A DNA stretch of 64,000 nt from Clostridia bacterium (GCA_017502975.1 JAFVTV010000015.1:6473-70472), one strand, 5' to 3'. Positions 1 through 8,147 are shown, counted from the stretch's first letter. Translations and numbers: made by a program. Notes: generated by a model not told the origin, from the sequence alone.

Positions 1-1
1 A

Positions 2-472
2 GGTGCGGTAGCGGTTCTGCTTTTTGCATTGCCTGTGGCGGCTGTGATCGGCTTATTTTCGGGGGCATTGCATTTATATAGTGAGGTGCTTTCGATTTAT
101 TTCAGCGCCCCCGTTGCGGTGCTTTTGCTGATCCTTTTGCTTTTGCTCGCAATTGTGATATCGGTTGGCGTGCTCTTTTTTGGTGGCATATATATTGCTT
201 TTGCGGCTGTTGCGGTCGGCAATGAGCAGTTAAAATTGCGTGTAGCCTTTGTGCTTGCTGTTAGGGGAGGAAAGCGTCATACAAAGGAGATCTTTGTTTT
301 TTCGCTGAGATCCTTGCTGTGGCTTGCGCTTTCGCTTCTCACGGTCGGCGTGCTGTTCGTTTTATGGTTCTCACATTTTTATAATTTGTCTTATATGCGC
401 CTTTCGATGGCGCTTGTCTCCCTTGAGAGTGAAAGCATTGACTCTTGCGGGATAAAGGAGGAAACGGTATGA
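2..472 (+). CDS. hypothetical polytopic membrane protein, 5'-truncated by the window edge
   Basis: The frame is open from nt 2, with no stop upstream of the track start at 29. The product is very hydrophobic (LLLILLLLLAIVISVGVLFFGGIYIAF). Its TGA overlaps the metG ATG as ATGA at 469-472. Confidence 0.5.
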   Translation, partial: GAVAVLLFALPVAAVIGLFSGALHLYSEVLSIYFSAPVAVLLLILLLLLAIVISVGVLFFGGIYIAFAAVAVGNEQLKLRVAFVLAVRGGKRHTKEIFVFSLRSLLWLALSLLTVGVLFVLWFSHFYNLSYMRLSMALVSLESESIDSCGIKEETV

Positions 473-2451
473 AGGAAAAATTTTATCTTACAACAGCCAT
501 TGCTTACGCCTCGCGCAAGCCGCATTTTGGCAACACCTACGAGGTCATCATGGCAGATGCATATGCGCGTTACAAACGCCAGCAGGGCTTTGATGTGTTT
601 TTCTGCACGGGCACTGACGAGCACGGTCAGAAGATCGAAAATCTTGCCAATGAAGCGGGGTTGACACCGCAGAAATACGTGGATAACGTAGCAGGTGAGA
701 TTCGCGGTATTTGGGATAAAATGAATGCGAGCTATGATTATTTCATCCGCACCACGGATGAAACGCACTGCACCGCCGTACAAAAAATATTTAAGAAGTT
801 CTATGAGCAGGGCGATATTTACAAGGGACATTACGAGGGCTGGTACTGCACGCCCTGCGAATCCTTCTTTACCGAAACGCAGGTCGTTGACGGTAAGTGT
901 CCCGATTGCGGTCGCCCCGTTGAGCAGGCAAGGGAAGAAGCCTATTTCTTTAAGATGAGCAAGTATGTCGACCGTCTGCTTGCACATATCGATAGCAATC
1001 CTTCTTTTATTCAGCCCAAATCTCGTAAAAAGGAAATGGTAAATAATTTCCTGCACGTTGAGGGTGGATTGCAGGATCTTTGCTTATCCCGCACCTCGTT
1101 TAAATGGGGCATCCCTGTGACCTTTGATACGCGCCACGTGATCTACGTGTGGTTTGATGCGCTGACCAACTATATCACGGCACTTGGCTACGATCCCGAT
1201 AAAAGCTTTGAGGAGCAATCTGAGCACTTTAAGAAATATTGGCCCTGCGACGTGCATGTGATCGGCAAGGATATTTTGCGCTTCCATACGATCTATTGGC
1301 CTATTTTCCTGATGGCTTTGGGGCTTCCGCTCCCGAAAAAGGTATTTGGTCATCCGTGGTTTAATGCCGCTGAGGAAAAGAAGGGAAATGAGGGCGCGGA
1401 GATCAAGATGTCGAAATCTCGCGGCAACGTGATCTATGCGGACGAGCTTGCTGAAACCTTTGGTGTTGACGGCGTGCGTTATTTCGCTCTTTCCGAAATG
1501 CCCTACGATCAGGACGGCAGAATTTGCTATACAAATGTGCTGACGCGCTATAATACCGACCTTGCCAACAATCTTGGCAATCTTGTCAGCCGTACGCACG
1601 CCATGACTGTGAAGTATTTTGGCGGCGTTGTGCCGGCTCCCGCAGGCGAGGAGGGGACGGACACCGAGCTGAAGGCAACCGTTGCCGAGGCAGTTGCAAA
1701 ATATAAGGCTTTGATGGATGATTATCACATTGCCGATGCCGCTGAAGCGGTATTTACGATGCTGCGCCGCGCCAATAAGTATATTGATGAAACAATGCCC
1801 TGGGCACTTGCCAAGGATGAAAGCAAAAAGGCGCGCCTCGGCACGGTTCTTTATAACCTGCTTGAGTGCATCCGCACGGCGGCTGTGCTCCTTACGCCCT
1901 TTATCCCCACTACGGCTGAGGCGATCTTTGTGCAGATCGGCAGTGATGTAAAGGATTTTGAGAGCGTTGCTTCTTTTGGCGCATTGGTTCCTGAAAAGCC
2001 GCTTGGTACGGCGTATCCGCTTTTTGCCCGCATTGATGAAAAGGTCATCGATGAGATCATCAAAAAGCGCGAGGAGGCAGCCCTTGCCGCAGAAAAGGCG
2101 GCGGCACCCGTGGAGAAGCCCGAGCCCGTTGCACCCATTGGCATTGAGGACTTTATGGGACTTGAGTTGCGTACTGCCAAGATCTTGGCATGCGAAAGAG
2201 TACCCAAGGCGAAAAAACTTTTAAAATTGCAGCTTGATCTCGGTTATGAAAAGCGACAGGTGGTGTCGGGCATTGCTAAATTCTACGAGCCCGAAGCCCT
2301 GATTGGGAAGAAGGTTATCGTTGTAGCAAATCTCAGGCCCGCAACGCTTTGCGGAATCGAATCACAGGGCATGATCCTTGCCAGCGGCGAGGAGCAGGTG
2401 CGCGTGGTATTCCTTGATCCCGAAACGCCCCTTGGTGAGCGTGTACGGTAA
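469..2451 (+). CDS. metG: methionyl-tRNA synthetase with C-terminal tRNA-binding (EMAP/Trbp111-like) domain
   Basis: MKEKFYLTTAIAYASRKPHFGNTYE (HIGH-type region), KMSKS present (IKMSKSRGN), and a CxxC...CxxC zinc knuckle (CTPCESF...CPDCGRP). The C-terminus reads GLELRTAKILACERVPKAKKLLKLQLDLG. AAGGAGG lies 7 nt upstream of the ATG at 469. Confidence 0.95.
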   Translation: MKEKFYLTTAIAYASRKPHFGNTYEVIMADAYARYKRQQGFDVFFCTGTDEHGQKIENLANEAGLTPQKYVDNVAGEIRGIWDKMNASYDYFIRTTDETHCTAVQKIFKKFYEQGDIYKGHYEGWYCTPCESFFTETQVVDGKCPDCGRPVEQAREEAYFFKMSKYVDRLLAHIDSNPSFIQPKSRKKEMVNNFLHVEGGLQDLCLSRTSFKWGIPVTFDTRHVIYVWFDALTNYITALGYDPDKSFEEQSEHFKKYWPCDVHVIGKDILRFHTIYWPIFLMALGLPLPKKVFGHPWFNAAEEKKGNEGAEIKMSKSRGNVIYADELAETFGVDGVRYFALSEMPYDQDGRICYTNVLTRYNTDLANNLGNLVSRTHAMTVKYFGGVVPAPAGEEGTDTELKATVAEAVAKYKALMDDYHIADAAEAVFTMLRRANKYIDETMPWALAKDESKKARLGTVLYNLLECIRTAAVLLTPFIPTTAEAIFVQIGSDVKDFESVASFGALVPEKPLGTAYPLFARIDEKVIDEIIKKREEAALAAEKAAAPVEKPEPVAPIGIEDFMGLELRTAKILACERVPKAKKLLKLQLDLGYEKRQVVSGIAKFYEPEALIGKKVIVVANLRPATLCGIESQGMILASGEEQVRVVFLDPETPLGERVR

Positions 2452-2499
2452 AAATCAAACGGAGGGAGCCATCTCCCTCCGTCACTTTTAGGAGCAGGT

Positions 2500-2907
2500 A
2501 TGAAAAAGCATATTTTGCGCTTTCTTTGCGGTGGCATTCTTTACTTTATTGTAGAGGTCGTTTGGCGTATTTTTATGAGGCATGGCGAGGCTTCGTTTTT
2601 AATGGCGCCAATGGCGGGTATCGTGTGCGTTACGGTCATGTGGCTTTACGATAAAAAAGTACCGATCATACTCGGTTCACTTGTGGGCGCAATTGTTACC
2701 ACCACCCTTGAGTTAATCGTTGGGTCGATCGCACTCTTTGGCTTTGGGCACCGCTTTTGGCATTACGGCAGGATCAATTGGCACGGCATCATCGCGCTTG
2801 ACTGGTTCTTTAAGTGGTGGGGCGTGTGCTTTGGTGTGCTTTTTGCAAGATGGCTGCTTGCGCTTTACTTAAAACGGAGAAGACAAAGCAATGGAAAAAA
2901 TGTTTGA
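2500..2907 (+). CDS. small integral membrane protein (resembles the putative 'ABC-transporter type IV'/DUF1113-like family)
   Basis: 135 aa with about 4 predicted TM helices; AGGAGCAGG sits before the ATG. The family assignment is from memory only. Confidence 0.55.
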   Translation: MKKHILRFLCGGILYFIVEVVWRIFMRHGEASFLMAPMAGIVCVTVMWLYDKKVPIILGSLVGAIVTTTLELIVGSIALFGFGHRFWHYGRINWHGIIALDWFFKWWGVCFGVLFARWLLALYLKRRRQSNGKNV

Positions 2908-3679
2908 TTCACATGCTCATTATTATGATGAGCGGTTTGAGCGAGAAACGGGCGGCACTGACGCGTTGCTCAAAAGCCTGTTTGAAACCGATGTGTGCGG
3001 CATTATAAATATCGGCACAGATCCTGATAATTCTCGCCTTGTGGTTCGCGAAGCTGCCAAGTGGCAGGGTATGTATGCAACCGTTGGTATTCATCCCGGC
3101 GACGGGCAGCGCCTTGCCGATATCGATACGGCGCTTTCTGAGATCAAGGAGATGCTTGACGGTGCAAGAGAAAAAAAGATCGTCGCGCTCGGCGAGATCG
3201 GGCTTGATTACCATTACGATGATACCGATCGGGAAAAGCAGGCATATTTTTTTGAAAAGCAGCTGGAGCTGGCAGAAAAATACGGCATGCCTGTGGTGAT
3301 CCATGATAGAGAAGCACACGGCGACTGCTTTGATGCAGTGTGCCGCCACCCTAACGTCACGGGCGTGTTTCATAGCTACAGCGGCTCGGCGGAAATGGCA
3401 AGGGATCTTGTGCGCCGTGGCTGGTACATCTCTTTTTCGGGAGTGGTAACCTTTAAAAATGCACCCAAGGTACGAGAGGCGGTGGCGGCAACACCGCTTG
3501 ACCGTATCCTTATTGAAACCGATTCCCCCTATCTTGCACCCGTACCGCATCGCGGAAAATTAAATCATTCGGGGCTGATGCGCTATACCGCCGAGGCGGT
3601 TGCCGCCGTGAAGGGCATCACCACCGACGCGCTTATTCGCGTCACGCGCGAAAATGCCAAGCCCCTGTTTAAAATTTAA
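2891..3679 (+). CDS. tatD: TatD-family metal-dependent hydrolase/DNase
   Basis: MFDSHAHYYDERF, GEIGLDYHY, VIHDREAHGD, ETDSPYLAP: the classic TatD motif set. The start may be the ATG at 2900. It follows metG as in Bacillus (metS-yabD). Confidence 0.9.
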   Translation: MEKMFDSHAHYYDERFERETGGTDALLKSLFETDVCGIINIGTDPDNSRLVVREAAKWQGMYATVGIHPGDGQRLADIDTALSEIKEMLDGAREKKIVALGEIGLDYHYDDTDREKQAYFFEKQLELAEKYGMPVVIHDREAHGDCFDAVCRHPNVTGVFHSYSGSAEMARDLVRRGWYISFSGVVTFKNAPKVREAVAATPLDRILIETDSPYLAPVPHRGKLNHSGLMRYTAEAVAAVKGITTDALIRVTRENAKPLFKI

Positions 3680-3686
3680 CCTTGAA

Positions 3687-3718
3687 GCGGCCAAAATTAC
3701 GGTTTTGGCTGCTTTTTT
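3687..3718 (+). terminator. rho-independent terminator after tatD
   Basis: GCGGCCAAAA-N6-TTTTGGCTGC stem (one G.U pair) followed by TTTTTT. Confidence 0.75.
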
Positions 3719-3805
3719 GCTTTAAATCGCTAAAATTTTGTTGTTGTTGCACAAAAAGCGAGCGAAAATTTCTACATTCGATGTGAAAAATACAGCAAAA
3801 TTCTC

Positions 3806-3834
3806 TTGAAAAATGAATAAATTTTAGATATAAT
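3806..3834 (+). promoter_or_regulatory. sigma-A type promoter for the EF-G-like gene
   Basis: TTGAAA (3806-3811), 17-nt spacer, TATAAT (3829-3834). Confidence 0.6.
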
Positions 3835-3912
3835 GAATTTAATGGCGTATAAAATGACGTCCCTATATATTTATTAACGCATAAGACAGGCGTTTGAAGG
3901 AGGAAACTCACT

Positions 3913-5958
3913 ATGGCAACCTTTGACACAAAATCAATTCGTAATCTTGCGCTTCTCGGTCACGGCGAATGCGGTAAAACCAGCCTTGCCGAGGCTATGC
4001 TCTATCTTGCGGGCAAGACCGACCGTCTTGGCAAGATTGCTGACGGCAATACCGTTTGTGACTTTGATCCTGAGGAGCAAAAGCGCGGTATTTCTATTTC
4101 TTCAGCGCTGGCACATGTCGAGTGGAAAAATATTAAGATCAATATGATCGACACCCCCGGTGACCCCGACTTTGCGGGTGAGGTAGGGCAGGCACTGCGT
4201 GTAGCCGGCTCCGCTGTGATCGTGGTAGACGGCAAGAGTGGCATTGAGGTAGGCACCGAGCTTGCTTGGAATGCGGCGGAGGCAGCAGGCGTGCCGCGCG
4301 TATTCTTTGTAAACAAGTGCGATGATCCCGAGTACAGCCTTGAAAAATCCTTCTATGAGCTGCACGACAAGTTTGGCACAACCGTGTGCCCCGTGTTTGT
4401 GCCCTGCAACATCGGCAACGAAATGGCAATGATTGACCTGATCTCCAACACCGCCTACACCTACAACAACGCCGGCAAGCGCTTTGAGATTCCTATGTCC
4501 GATACCATGAAGGAAATGGTAAATCGCTACAAGGATGCGCTCAATGAGGCGATCGCGTCCACGAGCGATGAGCTCATGGAAAAATACTTTGCGGGCGAGG
4601 AAATCACACGTGAGGAGGCAGCACTTGCGCTTCACGAGGGCATTATTGCAGGCACTATCACTCCTGTTTACTGTGGCTCTGCCACCAAGATGTGGGGCGT
4701 GATCGCTATGATGGATGCAGTTGCAGAGTCCTTCCCGCGCTTTACCGCTAAAAAGGTTGAAACCCTTGCCGGCGGCAAGACACTTGATATTGACGTTAAC
4801 GGCGATCCCGCCATTTTCGTATATAAGACCGTTGCCGATCCGTTTGTTGGTCAGATGTCCTTCTTTAAGGTCATGAGTGGTACGCTCAAGCGTGATATGG
4901 TTTTGAAGAATGCACGCACGGGCACTGCCGAGAAGCTTGCTCACTTCTATGTAATGAACGGCAAGACCCAAGCCGAGGTAGAGGAGCTTTACTGCGGCGA
5001 TATCGGCATGATCGCCAAACTCTCCGACACCAAGACGGGCGATACACTCTCCCTTGGCGGCACGGTTGTATATAGCCAGATGAGTTATCCGACGCCTTAT
5101 ATGACTAAGGCAATCCAGCCCCTTACCGCCAAGGACGAGAGCAAGATGTCCCAAAGCATTGCTAAGATGCTTGAGGAGGATCGCACGCTCCGTTATGAAA
5201 ACAATAAGGAAACCTCTCAGGTCCTGATTTCCGGTATGGGTGATACGCACCTGTCGGTTCTGGTTGCACGTCTTGAAAGCCGCTTTGGCGTCAAGGTGAA
5301 GCTGGAGGAGCCCAAGATCGCCTATCGCGAGCGCATTACCAAGCGCGTGGACGTAGAAGGCAAGCACAAGAAGCAGACCGGTGGCTCGGGTCAGTACGGT
5401 CATGTAAAGATCCGTTTTGCACCCGCAGAGGAGCAGGGGCTTACCTTTACTGTTTCCGTGGTTGGCGGCGCAGTACCCAAGAACTTTAATCCTGCTGTAG
5501 AAAAAGGCTTGCAGGATGCAATGGTAAAGGGCGCTTACGGCTATCCTCTGGTGCAGCTTGCTGCAGATCTTTACGACGGCTCTTACCACGCTGTTGACTC
5601 CGATGAGCTTTCCTTCAAGCTTGCCGCTCAGCTTGCTTATAAGAAATGCCTTGAGCAGGCAGCACCTGTTTTACTTGAGCCTGTCGGCAATCTTGATATC
5701 ACCGTTCCCGAATCGCTTGTTGGTACCGTTATGGGTGATCTTAATAAGCGCCGCGGTAGCGTAATGGGTATGGATCACGCTGAGGGTAAGAAGGGCTACA
5801 CCGTTGTACACGCAGTTGTACCCAAGGCTGAGATCATGGATTATCCTATTGCTCTTCGCGCAATGACAAAGGGCTTTGGCAGCTTTGAGTTTGCTGTAAC
5901 CGATTATGAGGTGGTTCCCGGAAATCTGACTGCAAAAATTACCGCAAACAAGGAATAA
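3913..5958 (+). CDS. elongation factor G paralogue (EF-G-like translational GTPase, atypical G motifs)
   Basis: 681 aa with full five-domain EF-G architecture by colinearity with EF-G. G1 is GHGECGKTS, G2 RGISIS, G3 DTPGDPDF (Asp where canonical EF-G has His), and G4 NKCD. GGAGG lies upstream of the ATG. Confidence 0.85.
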   Translation: MATFDTKSIRNLALLGHGECGKTSLAEAMLYLAGKTDRLGKIADGNTVCDFDPEEQKRGISISSALAHVEWKNIKINMIDTPGDPDFAGEVGQALRVAGSAVIVVDGKSGIEVGTELAWNAAEAAGVPRVFFVNKCDDPEYSLEKSFYELHDKFGTTVCPVFVPCNIGNEMAMIDLISNTAYTYNNAGKRFEIPMSDTMKEMVNRYKDALNEAIASTSDELMEKYFAGEEITREEAALALHEGIIAGTITPVYCGSATKMWGVIAMMDAVAESFPRFTAKKVETLAGGKTLDIDVNGDPAIFVYKTVADPFVGQMSFFKVMSGTLKRDMVLKNARTGTAEKLAHFYVMNGKTQAEVEELYCGDIGMIAKLSDTKTGDTLSLGGTVVYSQMSYPTPYMTKAIQPLTAKDESKMSQSIAKMLEEDRTLRYENNKETSQVLISGMGDTHLSVLVARLESRFGVKVKLEEPKIAYRERITKRVDVEGKHKKQTGGSGQYGHVKIRFAPAEEQGLTFTVSVVGGAVPKNFNPAVEKGLQDAMVKGAYGYPLVQLAADLYDGSYHAVDSDELSFKLAAQLAYKKCLEQAAPVLLEPVGNLDITVPESLVGTVMGDLNKRRGSVMGMDHAEGKKGYTVVHAVVPKAEIMDYPIALRAMTKGFGSFEFAVTDYEVVPGNLTAKITANKE

Positions 5959-5976
5959 AATCAATAAAACACAAAA

Positions 5977-6045
5977 ATTTCGGAAAACCTATTGACATTC
6001 TTAAATTCATACATTATAATTGAATTATGAATTATTTTCCGAAAT
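5977..6045. repeat. perfect 11-bp inverted repeat bracketing the promoter of the small ORF
   Basis: ATTTCGGAAAA (5977-5987) and TTTTCCGAAAT (6035-6045) are exact reverse complements, 47 bp apart. The distal half abuts the Shine-Dalgarno AAGGAGG (6046-6052). Confidence 0.8.
5992..6020 (+). promoter_or_regulatory. consensus sigma-A promoter
   Basis: TTGACA (5992-5997), exactly 17 nt, TATAAT (6015-6020). Both hexamers match the consensus perfectly. Confidence 0.75.
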
Positions 6046-6058
6046 AAGGAGGCATAAA

Positions 6059-6208
6059 ATGAAACTGCACTATCTTGAGCCCAGCGCTGAAATTCGTTTC
6101 CTTTTAAGCAAAGATATCATTGCCGCATCTCAGGAGCCTCAGGAGCCTACGGATCCTCTGAAGCCCGAAACTGCTCCTAACGACGATGTAGTTGCGGATC
6201 CGTTCTAA
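6059..6208 (+). CDS. small acidic proline-rich protein (49 aa), unknown function
   Basis: The ATG at 6059 is 6 nt after AAGGAGG, so it is preferred over the track's 6020 start. Product: MKLHYLEPSAEIRFLLSKDIIAASQEPQEPTDPLKPETAPNDDVVADPF. It has its own promoter and a downstream terminator. Confidence 0.6.
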   Translation: MKLHYLEPSAEIRFLLSKDIIAASQEPQEPTDPLKPETAPNDDVVADPF

Positions 6209-6268
6209 GTCCTGTTATCGTATAGGGCGGCTTTGTTTAGCGCCGAACGAAAATATTAACAATTAAGA

Positions 6269-6309
6269 ATCACCTTTCTATTCTTTAAGCGGTAGAGAGG
6301 TGATTTTTA
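6269..6309 (+). terminator. rho-independent terminator
   Basis: 12-bp stem ATCACCTTTCTA / TAGAGAGGTGAT (one G.U pair), 12-nt loop, then TTTTT. Confidence 0.75.
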
Positions 6310-6389
6310 TATGCATTTATTTTGAATTTAAATTTATATTTTTTACCGCCACACCTCTAAATTTATGCAGAATAGAGATGCCTTACTTT

Positions 6390-6437
6390 TGTCGCAGTAT
6401 GTCGCACACTTTTTTTGTGTGCTGACAGACTGCGACC
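6390..6437 (+). promoter_or_regulatory. three Spo0A-box-like elements upstream of the spoIIA operon
   Basis: TGTCGCA at 6390-6396 and 6400-6406 (10-bp phasing), and inverted GTCGCAG at 6430-6437. The 0A box consensus is TGTCGAA. An extended -10-like TGTTACAAT lies at 6456-6464. Confidence 0.3.
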
Positions 6438-6500
6438 TTTTTTTTGCTTACGCTTTGTTACAATCATATGGAAGATATTGCTTTGAAAGGACGTGAAAAA

Positions 6501-6845
6501 ATGTTTCGGACGGACTATCGTTTGGAGATAAAAAAACGCGATTGGCTATTGGTGGTGCGGCTTTTTGGTGAGATCGATCACCACAGCGCGGTGTATATGC
6601 GCGAGGAATTGGACAAGCTCATTTTAAAGGAGCGCCCGCGGCGCTTGGTGCTTGATCTTTCCTGTATTGAATTTATGGATAGCGCAGGCTTGGGGCTTTT
6701 AATGGGACGCCTGAGGTTGATGCACGATATTGGTGGTGTAATGGCACTTACACGCCCCAATGAAAGAATTATGAAGATCTTGCGACTTGCAGGTATGGAG
6801 CGCTTTATGGAAATCGACGGTGAAGGCGCGAAAGGAGATAGATAA
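6501..6845 (+). CDS. spoIIAA: anti-sigma-F factor antagonist (STAS domain)
   Basis: GEIDHHSAVYMREELD...FMDSAGLGLLMGR retains the phosphorylatable Ser after Asp. It is the first gene of a spoIIAA-AB-sigF triad. The start was chosen at MFRTDY (6501); the ORF is open from 6444. Confidence 0.9.
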   Translation: MFRTDYRLEIKKRDWLLVVRLFGEIDHHSAVYMREELDKLILKERPRRLVLDLSCIEFMDSAGLGLLMGRLRLMHDIGGVMALTRPNERIMKILRLAGMERFMEIDGEGAKGDR

Positions 6846-6847
6846 AA

Positions 6848-7318
6848 ATGGATATGAAAGCAGAAAAAAGATTTAGAGATGAAATCAATCAGATGGAGCT
6901 TGTGCTGCCTGCCATTTCAGTGAACGAGGGAATGGCACGTGCGGCTGTTGCGGCATTTTGTGCACAGCTTTCACCCGATACCACAGAGCTTGCCGATATC
7001 AAATGTGCAGTATCCGAGGCAGTCACCAACTGTATTGTGCATGCCTACAAACACAAAAAAGGGAATTTTTACATAACGGTAAGCCTTTACTCTGATAAGA
7101 CGGTTCGCATTGCAATTCTTGATAAGGGGTGCGGTATTCCCGATGTGCGCCGTGCGCGCGAGCCACTTTTCACCACCGACAGTGCCGGTGAGCGCAGCGG
7201 AATGGGCTTTACGGTTATGGAAAATTTTATGGATCGGCTAACTGTTACATCCCGTGCGGGAAAAGGAACCTTGGTGGTTTTAACAAAGCGGCTGGGGCGG
7301 TTGGCGACGGAGGAATAA
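6848..7318 (+). CDS. spoIIAB: anti-sigma-F factor / serine protein kinase
   Basis: 156 aa with a GHKL ATPase signature (AVSEAVTNCIVHAY; DKGCGIPD; GMGF). It sits between spoIIAA and sigF. Confidence 0.92.
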   Translation: MDMKAEKRFRDEINQMELVLPAISVNEGMARAAVAAFCAQLSPDTTELADIKCAVSEAVTNCIVHAYKHKKGNFYITVSLYSDKTVRIAILDKGCGIPDVRRAREPLFTTDSAGERSGMGFTVMENFMDRLTVTSRAGKGTLVVLTKRLGRLATEE

Positions 7319-7319
7319 G

Positions 7320-8081
7320 GTGAGCCTTGCAACAGAGGAAAAAAACGGGAAAGAAAGGCACTATCGGCTACTGCACGAGGCGCAGTCACAAGATAAGAAG
7401 TGTGCGGATGCTGCAACCGAAGCCTTGATAACTGAAAACATGGGGCTTGTGCGTGCTGCGGCTATGCGTTTTCGGGATCGCGGCATTGAATATGAGGATC
7501 TAATGCAAATCGGAACCATTGGCATGCTGCGCGCAATACGCACCTTTGATATTTCGCGCGGCACGGCGTTTTCAACCTTTGCAGTGCCGCTTATTGTTGG
7601 CGAGATCAGGCGAAATCTGCGCGATGATGGTATTATTCACGTCAGCCGCAGCTATAAGCAGCTCGCGGCAGAGCTTGCACGCCAAAAGCAGGAGTTCATC
7701 TCAAAAGAGGGCAGGGAGCCAACCCTTGGCGAGCTTGCCGCCGCAGTAGGTGTCACGGGGGAGGAGGCGGCAATTGCGCTTTCTGCAACATCGCCCGTGG
7801 CTTCACTTTCCGAAAAGCTTTTTGAGGATGAAAAGGGTGAGCTTGGAGATCGCATCACAGATGATGAAAGTGAGCACGAGCCCGCGATCCTTACGGATCG
7901 GATCGCACTCAGCGAAGCAATTTCGCATATGCCGCCTCTTTGGCGAAAAATATTGCTCATACGCTATTTTAGAAACAGAACACAGCAGGAAACTGCCGAG
8001 GTTTTAGGCCTGACGCAGGTAAAGGTGTCGCGAGAAGAGAAAAAAATATTAACCTTTTTGCGCGGTGAAATGACCGTGTGA
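7320..8081 (+). CDS. sigF: RNA polymerase sporulation sigma factor F
   Basis: Sigma-70 regions 2-4 (YEDLMQIGTIGMLRAIRTFD, FSTFAVPLIVGEIRR, LGLTQVKVSREEKKIL). GTG start 7 nt after GGAGGA. Operon context supports the call. Confidence 0.9.
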   Translation: MSLATEEKNGKERHYRLLHEAQSQDKKCADAATEALITENMGLVRAAAMRFRDRGIEYEDLMQIGTIGMLRAIRTFDISRGTAFSTFAVPLIVGEIRRNLRDDGIIHVSRSYKQLAAELARQKQEFISKEGREPTLGELAAAVGVTGEEAAIALSATSPVASLSEKLFEDEKGELGDRITDDESEHEPAILTDRIALSEAISHMPPLWRKILLIRYFRNRTQQETAEVLGLTQVKVSREEKKILTFLRGEMTV

Positions 8082-8090
8082 TCCTTTCGT

Positions 8091-8118
8091 AAAAAACAGA
8101 GCAGTCGCTCTGTTTTTT
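8091..8118 (+). terminator. rho-independent terminator after sigF
   Basis: AAAAAACAGAGC-AGTC-GCTCTGTTTTTT perfect hairpin with a U-tract. Confidence 0.85.
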
Positions 8119-8147
8119 GCATTTTTCGGCAAAGCAAGCACATACTA
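8119..8147 (+). promoter_or_regulatory. candidate forespore-type (sigma-G/F-like) promoter ahead of ytvI
   Basis: GCATT (8119-8123), 17 nt, CATACTA (8141-8147). CATACTA equals the B. subtilis sigma-G -10 consensus as I recall it. Confidence 0.3.

Noticed and set aside
4102-5589. 495-aa ORF on the minus strand inside the EF-G-like gene (also 4002-4316 and 4139-4429)
   Set aside because: It is the antisense shadow of a strongly recognisable plus-strand gene. The composition is low-complexity and Cys/His/Arg-rich, with no RBS and no family motif.
6020-6058. Longer 62-aa version of the small ORF starting at 6020
   Set aside because: The 6020 start lies at the end of the -10 hexamer (6015-6020), before the predicted transcription start, and has no SD. 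The ATG at 6059 has AAGGAGG at ideal spacing.
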